In this document: piece by piece, positions 26,135-29,896 of the stretch
How the letters are laid out: each line of letters starts with the position of its first letter
Position numbering within the stretch: the stretch's first letter is position 1
Assembly (NCBI RefSeq): GCF_035285525.1
Contig: NZ_JAYKGW010000144.1
Coordinates: forward strand, 1-29,896
Source: Okeania sp.
GTDB taxonomy: Bacteria; Cyanobacteriota; Cyanobacteriia; Cyanobacteriales; Microcoleaceae
Length of the DNA stretch: 29,896 bases
Direction of reading: 5' to 3'
Program-made: the position numbers and the translations under genes
The notes under the pieces: model-generated
Seen by the model: only the letters and a program-made list of their open reading frames with translations
Told to the model about the DNA's origin: nothing
The model's database searches: none

Positions 26135-27142
26135 ATGAATAGAAACAATAGTAAAATTACCCAAGGTCAAGATGCTCCTGGGATAGGCAATCAGAAGATT
26201 ATCTCCAAGTCTTTTACAGATGTGGATGGTTTCAAAGAGTTTTTTGCCCATCAAAGGAGAGAAATAATACAAATTAGTCCCGGCTTTCTTGAAGCTGAGG
26301 TTTTGTCAATTCAGGTTGGTGACATATATTTCGTATATAATCAGGTGAACCAAGGGCTTCAATTATTGGGCGATCCTCTTACAAAGGATCATATAAATTT
26401 TTCGATAATTTGGTCTGAGAATGAAAAGAAATATTACTCTTTCCGTTACGCTATCGAGCCTCAAAGGACTATTTTTGGTTTCAATCGCAGAGGAACAGAC
26501 TTCATCAGTTCTCACGGTGGAGCATTAACACAAATTTTGATGCCTGTTCAAACTTTTGATGCTTATGCAGACAAACTACAACGCCACGATCTAGACGATA
26601 ATTTCCGCAGTAAAAATCATGTTAATTTGCCTCTAACTGGGATACAAGAAATAAAAGATTATCTGAAACAACTGATTTGGTTAGCAGTACACCAACCGAC
26701 TTGGTTACAAAACCCTCATATTGAGAAACTCATTGCTGATGATTTTGTTCCTTTGTTGATGATTCAGATTCCTATTAAGTTAAATTCCCAGTCTTTTCTC
26801 AAACCTTCCCGAAGATCAAAGTTGATTGCCCAAGCTGAAAAAGAGATGTTAGCCAACTTAAATCAACCTCTGACTTTAAAACAACTAGCTGAAAATTTAG
26901 GGTCTAGCAGCCGTGCGTTATCTTTTGGTTTTAAAGATTTATTTGGCATCAGTCCGATGCGTTATCTTAAAGTACGACGACTGAATGCAGTGCGACAACG
27001 CCTAAAAGCAAGCAACCCCGAAAATTGTACCATTGTTTTTCTGGCTAATGAATATGGGTTCTATTGTCCGAGTCATTTTACTAGATATTACAAAACCATG
27101 TTTGGGGAGTTGCCTTCAGAGACGTTGAGAAAGAAAGCATAG
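26135..27142 (+). CDS. AraC-family transcriptional regulator (the ORF track starts at TTG 26132; the ATG at 26135 is preferred)
   Basis: The C-terminus carries the double HTH LTLKQLAENLGSSSRALSFGFKDLFGISPMRYLKVRRLNAVRQRL...IVFLANEYGFYCPSHFTRYYKTMFGELPSE. The N-terminal ~220 aa is a putative ligand or effector domain. Confidence 0.88.
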   Translation: MNRNNSKITQGQDAPGIGNQKIISKSFTDVDGFKEFFAHQRREIIQISPGFLEAEVLSIQVGDIYFVYNQVNQGLQLLGDPLTKDHINFSIIWSENEKKYYSFRYAIEPQRTIFGFNRRGTDFISSHGGALTQILMPVQTFDAYADKLQRHDLDDNFRSKNHVNLPLTGIQEIKDYLKQLIWLAVHQPTWLQNPHIEKLIADDFVPLLMIQIPIKLNSQSFLKPSRRSKLIAQAEKEMLANLNQPLTLKQLAENLGSSSRALSFGFKDLFGISPMRYLKVRRLNAVRQRLKASNPENCTIVFLANEYGFYCPSHFTRYYKTMFGELPSETLRKKA

Positions 27143-27151
27143 GAGCAAAGG

Positions 27152-27217
27152 GGAGTGTGGGAAATTTGGTGTAGGGACGTTGCATGCAACGTCCGTACAG
27201 GAGTGTGGGAAATTTGG
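27152..27217. repeat. 30-bp near-perfect palindrome flanked by an exact 18-bp direct repeat
   Basis: ggagtgtgggaaatttgg (27152-27169) is followed by tgtagggacgttgcatgcaacgtccgtaca and then ggagtgtgggaaatttgg (27200-27217). Confidence 0.85.
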
Positions 27218-27311
27218 ACTGGCTTATGTACAAATTGCAGGAGGTGTCCAGTAGCTCAAAACCTTATATTATCAGTAATTTATTCTCCTTATTGCCATAA
27301 CCTTGCATCTT

Positions 27312-27340
27312 GTAGGGACGCCCTGATGCAACGTCCCTAC
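27312..27340. repeat. Hairpin repeat of the GTAGGGACG...CGTCCCTAC type
   Basis: gtagggacg-ccctgatgcaa-cgtccctac. It has the same stem as the palindrome at 27171-27198, and a degenerate relative lies at about 13023-13048. Confidence 0.7.
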
Positions 27341-27482
27341 TCTGGTTTACTCAAATAAAAACCGCTGTAGGCGATCGCCCCAGAAAAGAAGCGATCGCAA
27401 GGTTGGGTGAATTACACTCAATCAATGGATATGTCAACTACTAAAACATTGTCAGACGACCCGAAACAGAGATTTACTTCAT

Positions 27483-29615
27483 CTACTTAGTCGAATAACG
27501 TTTCTCAACTTGGTGAATGATTGTGTTCCAAAAATCTTCTTCAATCATATTTTCAACAGGTTGGGTAATCAATGGTTCTGGTTGAACAACTTTGATCGGC
27601 AGGGGTTCTGCTTTGCTCACCAAAGGGTTATACCAGATGGGAGAAGACCAAGCCCGCTCGCGGATGAAGGGAGGGGCTTGAGTTGGTGGGTAAACCCCTA
27701 AAGCGATCGCATCATAAGTACTCCAACGACAGGTAGGATTTTCAATCACCCGTGCATAATAGAAAGCGTGTTGGTTGGGGTCAAAATCAGGGTCACGCCA
27801 AACTGCGCTGAGTTCTCCATCTCCAGGCACTAAAGGACCTTGCTCGATAGCACAGGTATTAATATCGATTGCTGCCCCATTAGGAGGGCAGATTTCGTCT
27901 TCTTCCCCCGGTTCATAACCATCGGAGCAAGCAGCAGCATAGACTTTCTCTTGGGGTTCACCACTCTCGTCTAACCAGCCTTTGATAATCTGAATGCCTT
28001 GCAATTTAGCGCTCTTGGGGTCTTGCATTGCCCAGACAAACATTTTGGGAGCTAAAAGGATATCCATTGGTACGTTCTCATCTGGTGCATCGTTTAAGTC
28101 ACCACCCATAGGAACGCCGACGCTATAGGCAATCTCAAGTGCATTGTCGCGTTCGTTTAGGTCGTCTGGGAACTCAAAGCCACCAAAGAGTCGGACTTGA
28201 ATCCGAGGACTACTGGTCGCAAAGGTTTCCCGTCGCTTCATCTTCGATGCCATCGCGGGAGTTCTCTTCCGCCCAAACCCCAGTGACACCACCGGGATTG
28301 TTCAACAGGTTTTCTTTCGCTTCGCCAATCGGATTTGGTTCCAAGCCCAGACGATATTCGAGGGTCGCGTCGGAAATGGCGTGACTACCCTTAACGTTGT
28401 ATTCTTCGCCACTAGCAGGAAAACCGCTATGGGTATCGGTTGCACCCACAAAACCGTATTTGAACCGATTAACACCGAGCTTTGCTTCTTGCTTGATGCC
28501 TTCTTTAAGTCCTTCCCTGATATAGCTATATTTGCTGACACAACCCTCGGGTTCGCCGATATCCCTACAGATGGGGCACGGGAGACCGACTGCACGGCAG
28601 CACTTTCCCAAAAAACGGGGGTGCCGTGGTAAATGGGGCGACGATCAAGTTTTTCAAAGCCGCAGAATTCGTCCGTATTGCCTAGACCGGGGCGAAACTC
28701 GGATTCGCATTTGGTTTGGATGACTTCTACCAGTCGTTCCAGTCTTTGTTGGGTGAGGGCGCGTGCGGTATCCATGGGGGGTATTTGGTCGTAGTAGTAC
28801 GGTATGAAAGCAGTCCCCGCAGACAGGTTAGCGTTGTGGGGAATGACGAGCGCTTCCCATTCTCCAGTGCAGTTTTCATCTAACCAATCCCATAAGTCCT
28901 CTGGATTGAGAGAATCTTTTGCTGACCAAACAGTGCTGGGAACAGTGTCGTTGCGAAAGAAGATATTGCGGTGGATTCCACCTCCAGCATGGCCGGGCGG
29001 CACCTTGCCCTTCGATGACCATTCGTAGGCTTTCAGTGTCGTGAACGTTCCACGGTCGTCATACTCGTCCGCTGCTCTCTGGATATCTTCCCAGAGCTTA
29101 GGAGTATATTTGTTGCAGTTTTCCCGATTTTCGTCACATATACCCAGGTCTCCACCTTCCCCAATGAATATAAATATCTTTCCTGCGAAATCTGCGTCTT
29201 CCAGGGCAGCCCGAAGTTTCTGACATTCCTCAGAGTCATAGTCAGGATTATCCTCGTCGTTGATATTGCAAACCCCCATTTCCCCCAGATACTCTGCATG
29301 GTCAGTGACCGCAGTGAAATCAAGAGGGGTTTTCAATGCGTGGGGTTCTCCTGCTGCGGTCATCTCTGTTCCGCCTTTGGCGAAGCGGTAGGCTTCGCGG
29401 GGGCCATTGGGGTTTTGCCCGAGGTAGCTGTCAAGGGAGTAGTTGGTGTGAACGTGCAAGTCGCCGAAGAGGGCTTTTCGTTCAACGGGGTTTACTTCAC
29501 TCTGGGCTAATGCGAATGGCATTTGTCCCATAGATAGTATTAGACTAAGAATCCCCACAGTGAGGATTCGCAACCACAAAGGTCGAATCTGTAGAGATAA
29601 AGGTTTCAATTTCAT
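27483..29615 (-). pseudogene. DUF3604-family secreted metallo-protein gene broken into three ORFs by two frameshifts
   Basis: There is an N-terminal signal peptide and a PHP-like FGDLHVHTNYSLDSY motif (ORF 28302-29615). Homology continues in a second frame as GKCCRAVGLPCPICRD...FKYGFVGATDTHSG...GVWAEENSRDGI (28210-28611). It continues in a third frame as MKRRETFATSSPRIQVRLFGG...FYYARVIENPTCRWSTYDA...ERAWSSPIWY (27483-28292). The first shift is at the A6 run 28610-28615, a T6 run on the coding strand. The second lies at about 28235-28255. AAGGAG sits 7 nt upstream of the ATG. Confidence 0.8.
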
Positions 29616-29745
29616 CGGATATTACTCCTTAGATATAGTTTGGTAAATCGCCTCTGGTTAGGAAGCGAATCGTTTTATTGCTGGACTTACACTCAGTCAA
29701 TGGCTTGGAAATTTCCCAAACTATTGTGAGATGCCAGGTTCGGCT

Positions 29746-29895
29746 TTATCCCCAAAACGCTACAACTCGCTGAATACACCAGAAAGATGCCATTGTTCCA
29801 ATACTGTAGGTGGGAACCCATCCCAACCAACGCGGATAGTTCTCGGAACCAAACCGTTTCAAGCTTTCCATTACCCCAACAACTGCTAGCACAAA
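29746..29895 (-). CDS. 3' end of a gene running off the window edge (hydrophobic C-terminus, unknown product)
   Basis: The minus-strand frame reads FVLAVVGVMESLKRFGSENYPRWLGWVPTYSIGTMASFWCIQRVVAFWG* with its stop at 29746-29748. A second open frame also exists here, so the frame choice is tentative. Confidence 0.3.
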   Translation of the reverse strand, partial: FVLAVVGVMESLKRFGSENYPRWLGWVPTYSIGTMASFWCIQRVVAFWG

Positions 29896-29896
29896 G

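Noticed and set aside
25549-26272. ORFs 25549-25800 (+) and 26075-26272 (-)
   Set aside because: They are antisense to the EamA 5' end and to the AraC-family 5' region respectively, with AT-rich artefact composition.
27155-27358. 67-aa plus-strand ORF
   Set aside because: It is composed of the direct repeats and palindromic hairpins between the AraC and DUF3604 genes, and its Cys/Trp/Arg-rich sequence is translated repeat.
27510-29533. Numerous plus-strand ORFs (27510-27701, 28139-28384, 28381-28632, 28532-28723, 28804-29028, 29041-29223, 29298-29510, 29336-29533) and minus-strand 29033-29323
   Set aside because: All lie antisense to, or in alternative frames of, the DUF3604 gene. Long spurious ORFs are expected in GC-richer DNA.

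Overview
This 29.9-kb chromosomal segment has the hallmarks of a filamentous, Nostocales-type cyanobacterium: it is AT-rich, has many HIP1 GCGATCGC sites and heptameric STRR tracts, and is dense with small MITE-like repeats. Recognisable core genes are miaA (-), gyrB (+, with a 263-aa intein inside the Toprim motif), tRNA-Arg(CCG) (-), hemB (-, split by one extra base in an 8-nt homopolymer), argC (+) and a two-NBD ABC ATPase (+). Accessory content includes a protein with three ChW-like repeats, an alpha/beta hydrolase, a class-II Fic gene (also split at a T8 run), an orphan 259-aa ORF in an AT-rich islet and a DUF4168-like secreted protein. At 18.3-27.1 kb lies a minus-strand gene string: EamA exporter, divergent AroE-family dehydrogenase, SAM methyltransferase, HAD-IIA phosphatase, GT2 glycosyltransferase and MscS-type channel. 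It faces a divergently transcribed AraC regulator. The string carries three internal segmental duplications and an IS5-like transposase relic, and it is bracketed by a 39-bp direct repeat. It is my best candidate for an uncharacterised system, namely a small-molecule or glycoside modification and export pathway, but the function is inference only. The right end (27.4-29.9 kb) looks clearly more GC-rich by eye and holds a DUF3604 gene broken by two frameshifts. The most striking sequence-level observation is that the ~100-bp MITE family found in the intergenic DNA also sits in frame inside miaA and inside the gyrB intein. No rRNA, CRISPR array or intact transposase was seen.
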